From the NCBI GenBank assembly GCA_902582315.1, contig CACHRP010000006.1, positions 3,713-67,712 of the forward strand: a stretch of 64,000 bases of DNA, written 5' to 3'. Shown here in pieces: positions 10,463 through 20,250 of this stretch. The notes below the pieces were generated by a model that did no database searches, was not told the origin of the DNA, and saw nothing but the letters and a program-made list of their open reading frames with translations. This DNA is from an uncultured Pelagibacteraceae bacterium (GTDB taxonomy: Bacteria; Pseudomonadota; Alphaproteobacteria; Pelagibacterales; Pelagibacteraceae). Made by a program: the position numbers and the translations under genes. Every line of letters starts with the position of its first letter. The stretch's first letter is position 1.

Positions 10463-11676
10463 ATATAAATAACATTAAAAAACAGTTTCCAATATTTAAT
10501 AATAAAGTTCACAACAACGATCTAGTTTATCTCGATAGTGCCAACTCGTCTCAGAAACCTCAGATGGTTGTCGATAGAATCTACGATTTTTATACAAAAG
10601 AATTTTCTAATGTTGGGAGAAGCGTGCATTATTTAGCTGTAGCTGCAACAAATTTATATGAAAACACCAGGACAATGATGCAAAAATATATAAACGCTAA
10701 AGATCCTAATGAAATAGTATTTACCAAAGGTGCAACAGAAGCAATTAATTTAGTAGCAAATACCTTTGGTCAAAAGTTTTTAAGAGAAGGGGATGAGATA
10801 CTTCTTACAGAACTAGAACATCATTCAAATTATGTTCCGTGGCATTATTTAAGAAAATTAAAGGGAGTTAAAATTAATTTTGCAGAAATAAATAATGATG
10901 GTGAAATAACTTTAGAAAGTATTGAAAAAAGTATAACACCCAAAACTAAAATGATTGCGATCACACATCTATCAAATGTTACTGGAGCAATTTTGCCAAT
11001 AAAAGAAATTACATCTTTGGCTCACTCAAAAAATATCCCTATATTGATAGATGGCTGTCAGGGAGCTCCTCATTTAAAATTAGACATGCAAGATATAGAT
11101 TGCGATTTCTATGCAATTTCGTGTCATAAAATGTACGGACCTACTGGTTTAGGTGTTCTATATGCTAAAAAAAAATGGCTTGATACTTTACCACCATATC
11201 AAGGTGGGGGAGGTATGATTAGAGAAGTAAAGAAAGAAGGTATATCTTTTGGAGATCTTCCAAACAAATATGAAGCAGGTACTATGGCAACAGCTCAGGT
11301 AATTGCATTTGGGGAGTCTATAAAGTTTCTAAATCAAATAGGCATTGAGAATATTGAAAAGCATGAGAGTGAACTTACAAAATACGGTGAAGAAGTATTA
11401 AGAAAAAATAACTCAGTTAAACTTGTAGGTAATCCAAAAAATAAAGGATCTGTCTTATCATTTACTTTAGATGGGATACATGCTCACGATATTGCAACTA
11501 TTTTAGATGAAGATGGAGTAGCTATTCGAGCAGGTCATCACTGTTGTCAAATACTGCATGATAAACTTGGATTGTCAGCTACAGCCAGAGCATCACTAGG
11601 TGTTTATAACACTAAAGATGATTTAGATAAATTAAATGAATCAATTAATAAATGTAAAAAAATATTCGATAGATAA
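10459..11676 (+). CDS. sufS: SufS-type cysteine desulfurase
   Basis: YLDSA..SQKP, LEHHSN, SCHKMYGPTG (PLP Lys), RAGHHC motifs. Confidence 0.95.
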   Translation: MNINNIKKQFPIFNNKVHNNDLVYLDSANSSQKPQMVVDRIYDFYTKEFSNVGRSVHYLAVAATNLYENTRTMMQKYINAKDPNEIVFTKGATEAINLVANTFGQKFLREGDEILLTELEHHSNYVPWHYLRKLKGVKINFAEINNDGEITLESIEKSITPKTKMIAITHLSNVTGAILPIKEITSLAHSKNIPILIDGCQGAPHLKLDMQDIDCDFYAISCHKMYGPTGLGVLYAKKKWLDTLPPYQGGGGMIREVKKEGISFGDLPNKYEAGTMATAQVIAFGESIKFLNQIGIENIEKHESELTKYGEEVLRKNNSVKLVGNPKNKGSVLSFTLDGIHAHDIATILDEDGVAIRAGHHCCQILHDKLGLSATARASLGVYNTKDDLDKLNESINKCKKIFDR

Positions 11677-12146
11677 TGGACTTAAAAGAATTATATCAGG
11701 AAATAATTTTAGAACATGGAAAAAATCCTAAGAACCTTGGTAAGTTTGAAAACTTTAATAAAGATGCCAAAGGGAACAATCCATTATGTGGTGACAAAGT
11801 TCACATCTATTTAAAAACTGATGAAAATAAAAAAATTTCAGATATTAAATTTGAAGGAGAAGGTTGTGCGATTACGATGGCATCTACTTCAATAATGACA
11901 GAATTAATGAAAGAAAAAAGTGAAACTGAAGTTAAGGAATTAATTGATGATTTTTTAAATATGATAAAAGAAAATTCTGAGCTTAAATCAAAAAATATCA
12001 ATGAAGATGATAAAATTAAGCTGATGTCATTATCAGGTGTGAAAAAATACCCAATGCGAGTAAAATGTGCAACATTACCATGGCATACTCTTATTTCTGC
12101 AATGTCAAATAAACCAGGAGAAGTGAATACAGAGAAAGAAGAATAA
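11676..12146 (+). CDS. sufU: SufU/NifU-like scaffold / sulfurtransferase
   Basis: LYQEIILEH, NPLCGD, GCAI..AS, RVKCATL.WH motifs. Confidence 0.88.
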   Translation: MDLKELYQEIILEHGKNPKNLGKFENFNKDAKGNNPLCGDKVHIYLKTDENKKISDIKFEGEGCAITMASTSIMTELMKEKSETEVKELIDDFLNMIKENSELKSKNINEDDKIKLMSLSGVKKYPMRVKCATLPWHTLISAMSNKPGEVNTEKEE

Positions 12147-12446
12147 ATGGATTTAAAAGAGAAAATAATTAACGAAATAAAGAAGATTTATGATCCAGAA
12201 ATCCCAGTCAATATATATGAGCTTGGTTTAATTTATGATATAAATGTTGAAAAAGACAATATGGTAAAAATCAAAATGACCCTAACTACACCTAACTGTC
12301 CAGTTGCAGAAAGTTTACCTAAGGAAGTTAAAGACAGTGTTAAAGAAATTAAAGACGTTAAAGATGTAGATTTAGAGCTAGTTTGGGATCCGCCATGGGA
12401 TAAGTCAATGATGTCAGAAGCAGCAAAATTGGAATTAAATTTATGA
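12147..12446 (+). CDS. SUF-associated DUF59 (SufT/PaaD-like) protein
   Basis: DPEIPVNIYELGLIY, MTLTTPNCP, WDPPW motifs. Confidence 0.9.
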   Translation: MDLKEKIINEIKKIYDPEIPVNIYELGLIYDINVEKDNMVKIKMTLTTPNCPVAESLPKEVKDSVKEIKDVKDVDLELVWDPPWDKSMMSEAAKLELNL

Positions 12447-12772
12447 CCCAAATAATATCTTTAAGTGATAGAGCAGCAGAAAGAATTAAAGAAATCATGT
12501 CAAAGGATCAAAATTCTTTAGGGGTAAGAGTTGGTGTTAAAAGTGGAGGTTGTGCAGGAATGGCCTACATTATGGAATATGCTAAAGAAAAAAAACCTAA
12601 TGATGAAATGATTGAAGACAAAGGTGTGAAAGTATTTATTGATCCTGCAGCTGTTATGTATTTATTAGGTACCCAAATGGATTATAAAAAAGACAAATTT
12701 TCATCCTCTTTCGTATTCAATAACCCAAATGAAACTGAAAGATGTGGGTGTGGAGAGTCCTTCAAAATATAG
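12443..12772 (+). CDS. sufA: A-type Fe-S carrier (SufA/IscA, HesB family)
   Basis: GGCAG, FNNPN...CGCGESF motifs. Confidence 0.9.
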   Translation: MTQIISLSDRAAERIKEIMSKDQNSLGVRVGVKSGGCAGMAYIMEYAKEKKPNDEMIEDKGVKVFIDPAAVMYLLGTQMDYKKDKFSSSFVFNNPNETERCGCGESFKI

Positions 12773-12830
12773 TATCCATTTTGAGCATATCAGCTTTGCG
12801 TAAAACGCATATCTATTATATAACTAAATC

Positions 12831-13001
12831 ATGAACGTTTTTGAATTTAGAAATTTGCTTAAATCAGAAGATAAGAAAGAAAGAAGAATGAATTTTTTTC
12901 GATCACTTATCAAATCTGTAGATATTGGAGCAAATGGAACTCAAGATTACGTTGTTAAAAAAGGGTCTGGTAAAAACAAAATTGCTTCTACCAGACAGTA
13001 A
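12831..13001 (+). CDS. Small hypothetical protein, 56 aa (not in ORF track)
   Basis: MNVFEFRNLLKSEDKKERRMNFFRSLIKSVDIGANGTQDYVVKKGSGKNKIASTRQ*. Fills the sufA-glnA gap; TTGCGT-N17-TATAAC lies 6 nt upstream of the ATG. Confidence 0.65.
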   Translation: MNVFEFRNLLKSEDKKERRMNFFRSLIKSVDIGANGTQDYVVKKGSGKNKIASTRQ

Positions 13002-13007
13002 TTTTAT

Positions 13008-14414
13008 TTAACAACTATAGTACATATCAAATTCTATTGGGTGAGGAGTGTGTTCAAAGTTGTGAATTTCCTCAAACTTCAAAGCGATATATGCATCAAT
13101 CTGGTCATCAGTAAATACATTTCCTTGTTTTAAGAAATCTCTATCTTTATCCAGGCTTTCCATTGCTTCTCTCAGAGACCCACAAACAGTTGGAATTTTT
13201 TTAACTTCGGATTCTGACAACGCGTATAAATCTTTGTCAAAAGATTTTCCTGGATCTATTTTGTTTTTAATTCCATCTAGTCCAGCCATTAACATAGCTG
13301 CAAAAGTTAAATAAGGGTTTCCAGCAGCGTCACCAAATCGTATTTCGCATCTTGCTGCTTTCTTACTCAATGTGATAGGTATTCTGCAAGATGCAGATCT
13401 GTTTCTAGCTGAATATGCTAAAAGAACTGGTGCTTCAAAACCAGGTATTAACCTTTTGTAACTGTTTGTTGTTGCGTTAGAAAATGCGTTGATTGCTTTA
13501 GCGTGTTTTAAAATACCACCAATGTAATTTAAAGCCACATCTGATAGTCCAGCATATTTGTCACCAGAAAATAATGCCTTATCACCTTTCCATATTGATT
13601 GGTGAACATGCATCCCTGATCCATTATCGCCTTTTACAGGCTTAGGCATAAAGGTAGCTGTTTTACCAAAAGAATGAGAAACCATATGAACAGCATATTT
13701 ATATAATTGTAAGTTATCTGCTTGGTCTACCAAAGTTCCGAAATACATTCCAAGTTCATGTTGGCTTGGTGCTACCTCGTGGTGATGTTTTTCAACTTTT
13801 ATTCCCATATCTTTCATAGCTTTTAAATATTCGCTACGCATATCTTGTGCACTATCAACTGGAGGAACAGGAAAATATCCACCTTTAACACCAGGTCTAT
13901 GCCCCATGTTACCATTTGGATAATCTTTTCCAGTATTATACGGGCCTTCAGTGCTATCTATTTTAAATCCTGTTTCATTCATATCATTTTTGTATTTAAC
14001 ATCATCAAACACAAAAAATTCTGCTTCTGGTCCAAAATATGCTTTGTCACCAATTCCTGATTTTTTTAAGTATGCTTCTGCTTTTTTTGCAGTTCCACGT
14101 GGATCCCTTTCGTATGGATCTTTCTTTATTGCATCCATAACATCGCAAAAAATATTCATAGTATTATGACTAGTGAAAGGATCAATTACTGTTCTAGATA
14201 AATCAGGCTTTAAAATCATGTCTGATTCATTGATTGCTTTCCAACCTGCTATAGACGATCCATCAAAAAATATACCTTCTTCCAACATCTCTTCATCCAC
14301 TACTTTTGAATCCATAGTAACATGCTGTAATTTTCCTCTAGGATCTGTAAATCTTAAGTCGACATATTCAATGTCTTTATCTTTCATTTGTTTTAACACA
14401 TTATTAGCGCTCAT
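13008..14414 (-). CDS. glnA: Glutamine synthetase type I
   Basis: [46 protein letters not shown] motifs. Confidence 0.98.
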   Translation of the reverse strand: MSANNVLKQMKDKDIEYVDLRFTDPRGKLQHVTMDSKVVDEEMLEEGIFFDGSSIAGWKAINESDMILKPDLSRTVIDPFTSHNTMNIFCDVMDAIKKDPYERDPRGTAKKAEAYLKKSGIGDKAYFGPEAEFFVFDDVKYKNDMNETGFKIDSTEGPYNTGKDYPNGNMGHRPGVKGGYFPVPPVDSAQDMRSEYLKAMKDMGIKVEKHHHEVAPSQHELGMYFGTLVDQADNLQLYKYAVHMVSHSFGKTATFMPKPVKGDNGSGMHVHQSIWKGDKALFSGDKYAGLSDVALNYIGGILKHAKAINAFSNATTNSYKRLIPGFEAPVLLAYSARNRSASCRIPITLSKKAARCEIRFGDAAGNPYLTFAAMLMAGLDGIKNKIDPGKSFDKDLYALSESEVKKIPTVCGSLREAMESLDKDRDFLKQGNVFTDDQIDAYIALKFEEIHNFEHTPHPIEFDMYYSC

Positions 14415-14489
14415 ATTTACCCTTTCAATTTTTAACGTTTTCTAGCAAATAAAAGTATATTAATATCGCTTATTATATTGATATCTCCT

Positions 14490-14504
14490 ATGCAATTAGT
14501 GCAT
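14490..14504. promoter_or_regulatory. Palindrome ATGCA-N5-TGCAT upstream of glnA (candidate operator)
   Basis: Perfect 5-5-5 inverted repeat 76-90 bp upstream of the glnA start. Confidence 0.35.
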
Positions 14505-14551
14505 GGATTTTAATCAAAGTTATTAATATTTTACAAACAATTAATAGTTGT

Positions 14552-15034
14552 ATGGATGAGTTATTAAACAAAGAACCAGTCAAAAGGGCTCAAGATGCCT
14601 TACAAAGATTTGATAAATCATTAAAAGTCAAAGTTTTAGAAAAGACCGCAAGAACTGCAAAAGATGCATCGTTAGCTTTAGGTTGCGAGGTTGGTGCGAT
14701 TGTAAAAAGTTTGCTTTTTAGAGCTGAAAATAGTTTTATTCTTTGTCTAGTTTCTGGAGATAAAAAATGTTCCTTAAATAAACTTAAAAAGATTACCCAA
14801 AAAAATGATCTATGTATGGCTTCACCTGATCAAGTAAAAACCCAAACAGGTTATACTATTGGTGGAGTATCTCCAGTTGGTTTGTTAAATGAGATAGAAA
14901 TATTTATGGACAACACATTAAAAAGATTTGAAATACTTTATGCTGCAGCTGGACATCCAAATTGTATATTTGAAATAAATTTTAAAAAATTAAATGAGAT
15001 TACTTCATCAAAAGTGCTGGAAATAACAGAATGA
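14552..15034 (+). CDS. YbaK/EbsC aminoacyl-tRNA deacylase family protein
   Basis: IVKSL, TGY.IGGVSP, YAAAGHPN motifs. Confidence 0.9.
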   Translation: MDELLNKEPVKRAQDALQRFDKSLKVKVLEKTARTAKDASLALGCEVGAIVKSLLFRAENSFILCLVSGDKKCSLNKLKKITQKNDLCMASPDQVKTQTGYTIGGVSPVGLLNEIEIFMDNTLKRFEILYAAAGHPNCIFEINFKKLNEITSSKVLEITE

Positions 15035-15906
15035 GAAAACCAACAATAATTGATTATTCTCTTTTATGTTTTTTAGCACTGATATGGTCTTCCGCTTTTT
15101 TTAACATTAAAATTGCAACAGAGTCTTTTGGACCAGTAACCATTGCTTTTTTGAGAGTTTTTTTAGCATCAATACCTCTTATTATTTTATGTAATATTAA
15201 AAAAATTAAAATCGAAGTTTTTTCTAAAGACTGGTATTGGTTTGCATTGATCGGTTTCGTTAATCTTGTAATTCCATTTTTCTTTATATCTTATGGAATT
15301 AAAGCTGTTCAAAGTAATTTGGCTGCAATACTGATGTCGAGCACTCCATTAACCTCTACAATTTTAGGTCATTACTTTACAAAAAACGAAAAATTTAATT
15401 TAATTAAAACAATTGGAGTTTTAATTGGTTTTTCAGGAATTGTTTATTTATTTTCAGATAATATTTTAATAAATGAAAATAATTTCTATTCAGCACTTTT
15501 AATTCTACTAGGTGCGACTGGCTATGTTGTAGGAGGTGTTCTTACTTTAAAGATAAGTAATAAAAGAAATGAAAACGTAACAACATCCATATGTATTTGG
15601 GCATCAATAATTTTATTACCTTTAACTATGATTTTTGAACAGCCATGGAACAGTACTCCAAACACATTATCCATTATATCAGTTGTCTATCTTGGCTTAG
15701 TATCGACTGGTCTTGCTTGGTTATTAAGATTTTCTATTTTAAAGAAAAATGGATTAATTTTTCAATCTCAGGTGTCTTTTTTAATTCCAATTTTTGGAAT
15801 AATTTTAGGATATATTTTTTTAAAAGAGTTAATCACTCCTAAAATTATAGTTTCAGTAGTATTAGTTCTTGTTGGAATTTATTTAGCAAAAAAATCAAAT
15901 GATTAA
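15031..15906 (+). CDS. DMT/EamA family transporter
   Basis: About 10 hydrophobic segments with two EamA-like repeats. Confidence 0.85.
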   Translation: MRKPTIIDYSLLCFLALIWSSAFFNIKIATESFGPVTIAFLRVFLASIPLIILCNIKKIKIEVFSKDWYWFALIGFVNLVIPFFFISYGIKAVQSNLAAILMSSTPLTSTILGHYFTKNEKFNLIKTIGVLIGFSGIVYLFSDNILINENNFYSALLILLGATGYVVGGVLTLKISNKRNENVTTSICIWASIILLPLTMIFEQPWNSTPNTLSIISVVYLGLVSTGLAWLLRFSILKKNGLIFQSQVSFLIPIFGIILGYIFLKELITPKIIVSVVLVLVGIYLAKKSND

Positions 15907-15913
15907 ATAAATT

Positions 15914-16828
15914 TTATTTTAACTCAGACAAAGCAGAAATATGCTTTGGATTAGTTTCACAGCAACCACCTAATATAGTTGCACCATTATTGATAAAATT
16001 TTTACCCAACTTTTTAAACATTTCATCTGATACTTCTCTTTTTCCCATAACAGTGTTTAAGTTGACTGCATCTTCGTCGAATTTAGCTGAATTAATCTTT
16101 CTTACTGGAGATGGCTCATCATCACCCCAAAGATTAACCTTATACCCAAAGGGTAATTCATGAATTTTCAGCTCATTTATTGAATTTTCAGCAATTTCAA
16201 GTGATACGCATGAAGCAATAATACCAATCCAATTAGAGCTTTTATATTTTTTCATTACTTCATTAATGGTTTCACCCGAAGGTAATTTTCCGTTTTTTAG
16301 CAAATGGATACCGACAAGAATAGGTTTATTTAATTTCTCAATTATTTCAGTGGCTATAGCTATTTCCCTTCCACTAGAAATAACATCTAAATAAAAGACA
16401 TCTATAAAATCTTTTAAACAATTAATCTGATCGTAAAAATTTTGATGAATAATTTCACTAGATCTAGTGTCTTCCCTATAAGTATCTGATTGTGCTGGTA
16501 AACTTCCAGCTATTATAATTTCTTTTTTTGATTGTTCTTTTGCTTTTAGAGCAAGTTCACAAGCTTTTTTATTGGCAAATTCAAACAAATCATTAACTTT
16601 ATTTTGCTCCATTCTAATTCTTCTACTTGAGAAATTTGTCGTAGTAATAAGTTCTGCACCTGCCTCAATATAATCTAAATGTATATCAATCACAGATTGA
16701 TGATATCTTTCGTCTAAAATTGCACTTGTTGACCAAAGAGTTCCTTTTGAAACAAGACCGCGTGCATGTAACTCTTGCCCCATACCGCCATCTAAAATTC
16801 TTAATTTTTTAAAAAAATTTTTATCCAT
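15914..16828 (-). CDS. Homocysteine S-methyltransferase family protein
   Basis: ILDGGMGQEL, AGA..ITT.F, IAGSLP and Zn-ligand GGCC motifs. Confidence 0.88.
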   Translation of the reverse strand: MDKNFFKKLRILDGGMGQELHARGLVSKGTLWSTSAILDERYHQSVIDIHLDYIEAGAELITTTNFSSRRIRMEQNKVNDLFEFANKKACELALKAKEQSKKEIIIAGSLPAQSDTYREDTRSSEIIHQNFYDQINCLKDFIDVFYLDVISSGREIAIATEIIEKLNKPILVGIHLLKNGKLPSGETINEVMKKYKSSNWIGIIASCVSLEIAENSINELKIHELPFGYKVNLWGDDEPSPVRKINSAKFDEDAVNLNTVMGKREVSDEMFKKLGKNFINNGATILGGCCETNPKHISALSELK

Positions 16829-16931
16829 AAAATTTCACGTGAAACCATAATAAAACTTTTAATTGAATATTTCATGATTTTAAATTCTTGAATCAATTTC
16901 AAGTTGAAAATATTTTGTTACATTTACATTG

Positions 16932-16953
16932 CAATTAAAAATTGTTTTAATTG
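16932..16953. promoter_or_regulatory. 9-bp inverted repeat CAATTAAAA-attg-TTTTAATTG upstream of the aldB SD
   Basis: Perfect inverted repeat, all but one pair A-T, about 15 nt before GGAGG. Confidence 0.3.
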
Positions 16954-16976
16954 GAATTATAAAAAATGGAGGAAAA

Positions 16977-18521
16977 ATGAGTGCAGAAGCAATGAAAGTG
17001 TCTTCGGTTCTAGATACCTCTCATCTAAAGGTTAAATTTCCATTTAAAGCAAAGTATGGAAACTACATTAACGGTAAATTTGTAGAACCTCTATCTGGTA
17101 AATATTTTGACAATGTAAGCCCGATATCTAATGAGAAGATCTGTTCAGTTGCTCGTTCAAACGAGAAAGACGTGGAAGCTGCATTAGACGCGGCACACGC
17201 AGCTTTCCCTGAATGGGGAAAGACAGACATCACAACAAGATCAAACATCTTGTACAAAATCGCTGATGTTTTAGAAAAAAATCTAAACTTATTAGCTGTT
17301 GCTGAATGTTTAGATAATGGTAAACCGATTAGAGAATGTATGGCTGCTGACTTACCTTTAGTGATTGATCACTGGAGATATTTCGCAGGAGTAATAAGAG
17401 CTGAAGAAGGTTCTATTGCTGAGATTGCTAATAATCAATACTCATACAATTTTCATGAACCGCTAGGAGTAGTTGGTCAGATAGTTCCATGGAATTTCCC
17501 ATTATTAATGGCAACATGGAAATTAGCACCGGCTCTTGCTGCAGGAAACTGTTCAGTTTTAAAACCAGCTGAACAAACGCCAGCATCAATTATGGTAATG
17601 ATGGAACTTATTGGAGACTTATTACCGAAAGGTGTTGTTAACATTGTTAGCGGTTTTGGATTAGAAGCAGGTAAACCTTTGGCATCTTCTAAAAGAGTTG
17701 CGAAAGTTGCATTTACTGGTGAAACAACAACTGGAAGATTGATTATGCAGTATGCTGCACAAAACATAATTCCAATTACATTAGAATTAGGTGGAAAATC
17801 TCCTAATATCTTCTTTGAAGACGTCATGGATAAAGATGATGATTTCTTCGATAAATGTATTGAAGGTTTTGTAATGTTCAATCTAAACCAAGGTGAAGTT
17901 TGTACTTGCCCAAGTAGAGCTTTAATTCAAGAATCTATCTATGATAAATTCATGGAAAGAGCTATTGCTAGAACAAAAGCTGTTGTGCAAGATAATCCTT
18001 TAAAAATGGAAACAATGATTGGAGCTCAAGCGTCAGTAGAGCAAATGGAGAAGATTAAATCTTATCTAGAGCTAGGTAAAAAAGAAGGCGCTAAAGTTCT
18101 TACTGGTGGAAGTGTTGCTAAGCTTAATAGTGGCTTGGAAAAAGGTAATTATATCCAACCAACTGTTTTTGAGGCTAAAAACAACATGAGAATATCTCAA
18201 GAAGAGATCTTCGGACCAGTTGTATCTGTGATTAAATTTAAAGATGAGGCAGAAGCATTGAAAATTGCTAATGATACTCTTTATGGTTTAGGAGCAGCTG
18301 TATGGACAAGAAATGGAAATATAGCTCACAGAATGGGTAGAGCAATACAAGCAGGAATAGTATGGACTAATTGTTATCATGCTTATCCAGCTCACTCACC
18401 ATTTGGTGGATACAAACAATCAGGAGTTGGAAGAGAAACTCACAAAATGATGCTTAATCATTACAGACAGAATAAGAACTTACACGTTTCTTATGCTGAG
18501 AAAAAATTGGGCTTCTTTTAA
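16977..18521 (+). CDS. aldB: AldB-type aldehyde (acetaldehyde) dehydrogenase
   Basis: [55 protein letters not shown]. Start placed at ATG 16977 after GGAGG. Confidence 0.9.
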   Translation: MSAEAMKVSSVLDTSHLKVKFPFKAKYGNYINGKFVEPLSGKYFDNVSPISNEKICSVARSNEKDVEAALDAAHAAFPEWGKTDITTRSNILYKIADVLEKNLNLLAVAECLDNGKPIRECMAADLPLVIDHWRYFAGVIRAEEGSIAEIANNQYSYNFHEPLGVVGQIVPWNFPLLMATWKLAPALAAGNCSVLKPAEQTPASIMVMMELIGDLLPKGVVNIVSGFGLEAGKPLASSKRVAKVAFTGETTTGRLIMQYAAQNIIPITLELGGKSPNIFFEDVMDKDDDFFDKCIEGFVMFNLNQGEVCTCPSRALIQESIYDKFMERAIARTKAVVQDNPLKMETMIGAQASVEQMEKIKSYLELGKKEGAKVLTGGSVAKLNSGLEKGNYIQPTVFEAKNNMRISQEEIFGPVVSVIKFKDEAEALKIANDTLYGLGAAVWTRNGNIAHRMGRAIQAGIVWTNCYHAYPAHSPFGGYKQSGVGRETHKMMLNHYRQNKNLHVSYAEKKLGFF

Positions 18522-18532
18522 TCAATAATATA

Positions 18533-18564
18533 TACTGGCCCATGATTCTATATCATGGGCCGTA
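18533..18564 (+). terminator. GC-rich hairpin between aldB and the DUF779 gene
   Basis: GGCCCATGAT-tctat-ATCATGGGCC perfect 10-bp stem, extendable by TAC/GTA; only a short T run follows. Confidence 0.55.
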
Positions 18565-18572
18565 CTTTAAAA

Positions 18573-18923
18573 ATGAAAGTATCAGCAACACATTCAGCGC
18601 TAAGCCTTCTCTCTGAGCTTAAAGAAAAATATGGTGAAAAATTAATGTTTCACCAATCAGGTGGTTGTTGTGATGGAAGTGCTCCAATGTGTTTTCAAGA
18701 AGGAGAATTTCCATTAGGAGATAATGATATTAAGTTAGGTGAAATAGGTGGCGTACCTTTTTATATGAATGGTGATCAATATGAAAAATGGAAACACACT
18801 GATTTAACTATAGATGCCGTAAAAGGAATTGGTGGCATGTTCTCATTAGATAATGGAACAGGTCGCAGATTTCTGACTAAATCAGAAATCTGCTTAGTTG
18901 TTGATAACGAAAAAAAACAATAA
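18573..18923 (+). CDS. DUF779 family protein
   Basis: FHQSGGCCDGSAPMC, G..FSL..G.G.RFLT.S motifs; the family is typically next to aldB. Confidence 0.88.
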   Translation: MKVSATHSALSLLSELKEKYGEKLMFHQSGGCCDGSAPMCFQEGEFPLGDNDIKLGEIGGVPFYMNGDQYEKWKHTDLTIDAVKGIGGMFSLDNGTGRRFLTKSEICLVVDNEKKQ

Positions 18924-18928
18924 ATTTA

Positions 18929-19246
18929 TTACTGTCCTGGTGGTTTATAACCAATCTTGCTTGCTTTAGTCGTTGCTTTTGTAAAATCTATAGCTTCTAA
19001 CATTGTCATATTTTTTACAGCACCAGATGATTCCACAACTAGTTTTATAGCAGCAAAGTCATCAAACGATCCTACTTCTGTTACAACAATAAAATCATAT
19101 GAACCTCTAACGATATCCATACTGTGAATTGTTCCACCAACTGCTTTTGTTAATTGTTCTACAACTGCTTTTCTATCACTCGTTGGATCTTTCATAAAAC
19201 CTTGAAAAGCTTTTTCCGTGTAGTTCCCCATAATATATGCCTTCAT
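18929..19246 (-). CDS. GYD-domain protein
   Basis: Small alpha/beta protein with VEQL..AVGG and GSYDF; start reset to ATG 19246 after AAGGAG. Confidence 0.75.
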   Translation of the reverse strand: MKAYIMGNYTEKAFQGFMKDPTSDRKAVVEQLTKAVGGTIHSMDIVRGSYDFIVVTEVGSFDDFAAIKLVVESSGAVKNMTMLEAIDFTKATTKASKIGYKPPGQ

Positions 19247-19329
19247 ATGTTTCTCCTTTTTTTTTAAATCTAACACAAATGAGAGAAAATTATGAAATAA
19301 AATGTCTCATCAAATTTTTGCTTAAATAT

Positions 19330-20181
19330 TTATTTTCTTGTTGAAATAAACACGCCTGTAGATGCGATTATGAAACCAGCAATATCGATTTTCATCAATT
19401 CTTCTCCTAAAAATATCCAAGCCATCAATGCTGTAACCACTGGTATTAAAAAAAATAATGATACAGTCTTGCTCGCAGAATTGTTTTTAATTAAATACAT
19501 CAAAATAGAAAATGCTCCTAAAGATACAAGAAATACTTGATGACTCATTGCTAATAAAAAATCTGAATTTAAATTTATAAATGGGTCTTTAAATATAAAA
19601 ATAATAATTAACAAATGAAATAAAACTGCACCGACTGCTTGATACATATTATTTACAGATAAAGGAATATTATTACTTATTTTTTTTTGCCAAATTGTTG
19701 ATGTTGTAATTGCAATTAAAGCAACAAGTGAAGAAATAACCCCTTCGATGGGTAAAGATTTTCCAATATCAAATCCTAGAACCATTACTGCACCCGTGAA
19801 CCCTAATAAAACTCCTAACCATTGATTTAGTGAGACTTTTTCTTTTAAAAAATAACCTGCTAGTAAATTAGTTAAAATTGGCTGCATGGTAACTATAAGT
19901 GCAGTTAGACTTGTTGGAAAACCTATATATATTGAGTAAAAAACTCCACCTAAGTAAAGTCCATGAAACAAAATACCAGTGCCCAAAGAATTTACTAGGT
20001 CTTTCCTATTGATTGATATTTTAGTTTTTTTGTAAATTGAATATACAAAAAAACAAATAGCTACTAAGAAAAATCTAAAGGCTAAAGCAGAGAATGGATC
20101 ACTATTTTGAACAATTGGAAGGGTTGTTATAAAAGCAGAAGACCAAAGAAGTATAAACAGAAGAGGGAAAGACTTAGACAC
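19330..20181 (-). CDS. DMT/EamA family transporter
   Basis: FILLWSSAF, HGLYLGGV, QPILT motifs; about 10 TM. Confidence 0.85.
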   Translation of the reverse strand: MSKSFPLLFILLWSSAFITTLPIVQNSDPFSALAFRFFLVAICFFVYSIYKKTKISINRKDLVNSLGTGILFHGLYLGGVFYSIYIGFPTSLTALIVTMQPILTNLLAGYFLKEKVSLNQWLGVLLGFTGAVMVLGFDIGKSLPIEGVISSLVALIAITTSTIWQKKISNNIPLSVNNMYQAVGAVLFHLLIIIFIFKDPFINLNSDFLLAMSHQVFLVSLGAFSILMYLIKNNSASKTVSLFFLIPVVTALMAWIFLGEELMKIDIAGFIIASTGVFISTRK

Positions 20182-20250
20182 TTTATTTTTTACTTATTTA
20201 TAGATATATTCAAGGTTAATAGACCACTAATTAATCATAAATTAAAAATT

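Noticed and set aside
14490-14504. Canonical NtrC site or sigma54 promoter at glnA
   Set aside because: Half-site spacing differs from TGCAC-N7-GTGCA and no -24/-12 GG-N10-GC element was recognised; kept only as an unassigned palindrome.
16829-16976. SAM-V/SAM-II riboswitch upstream of the homocysteine methyltransferase
   Set aside because: Expected in SAR11 for some Met-cycle genes, but I could not find the conserved core or pseudoknot on the minus strand. An Infernal search would settle it.
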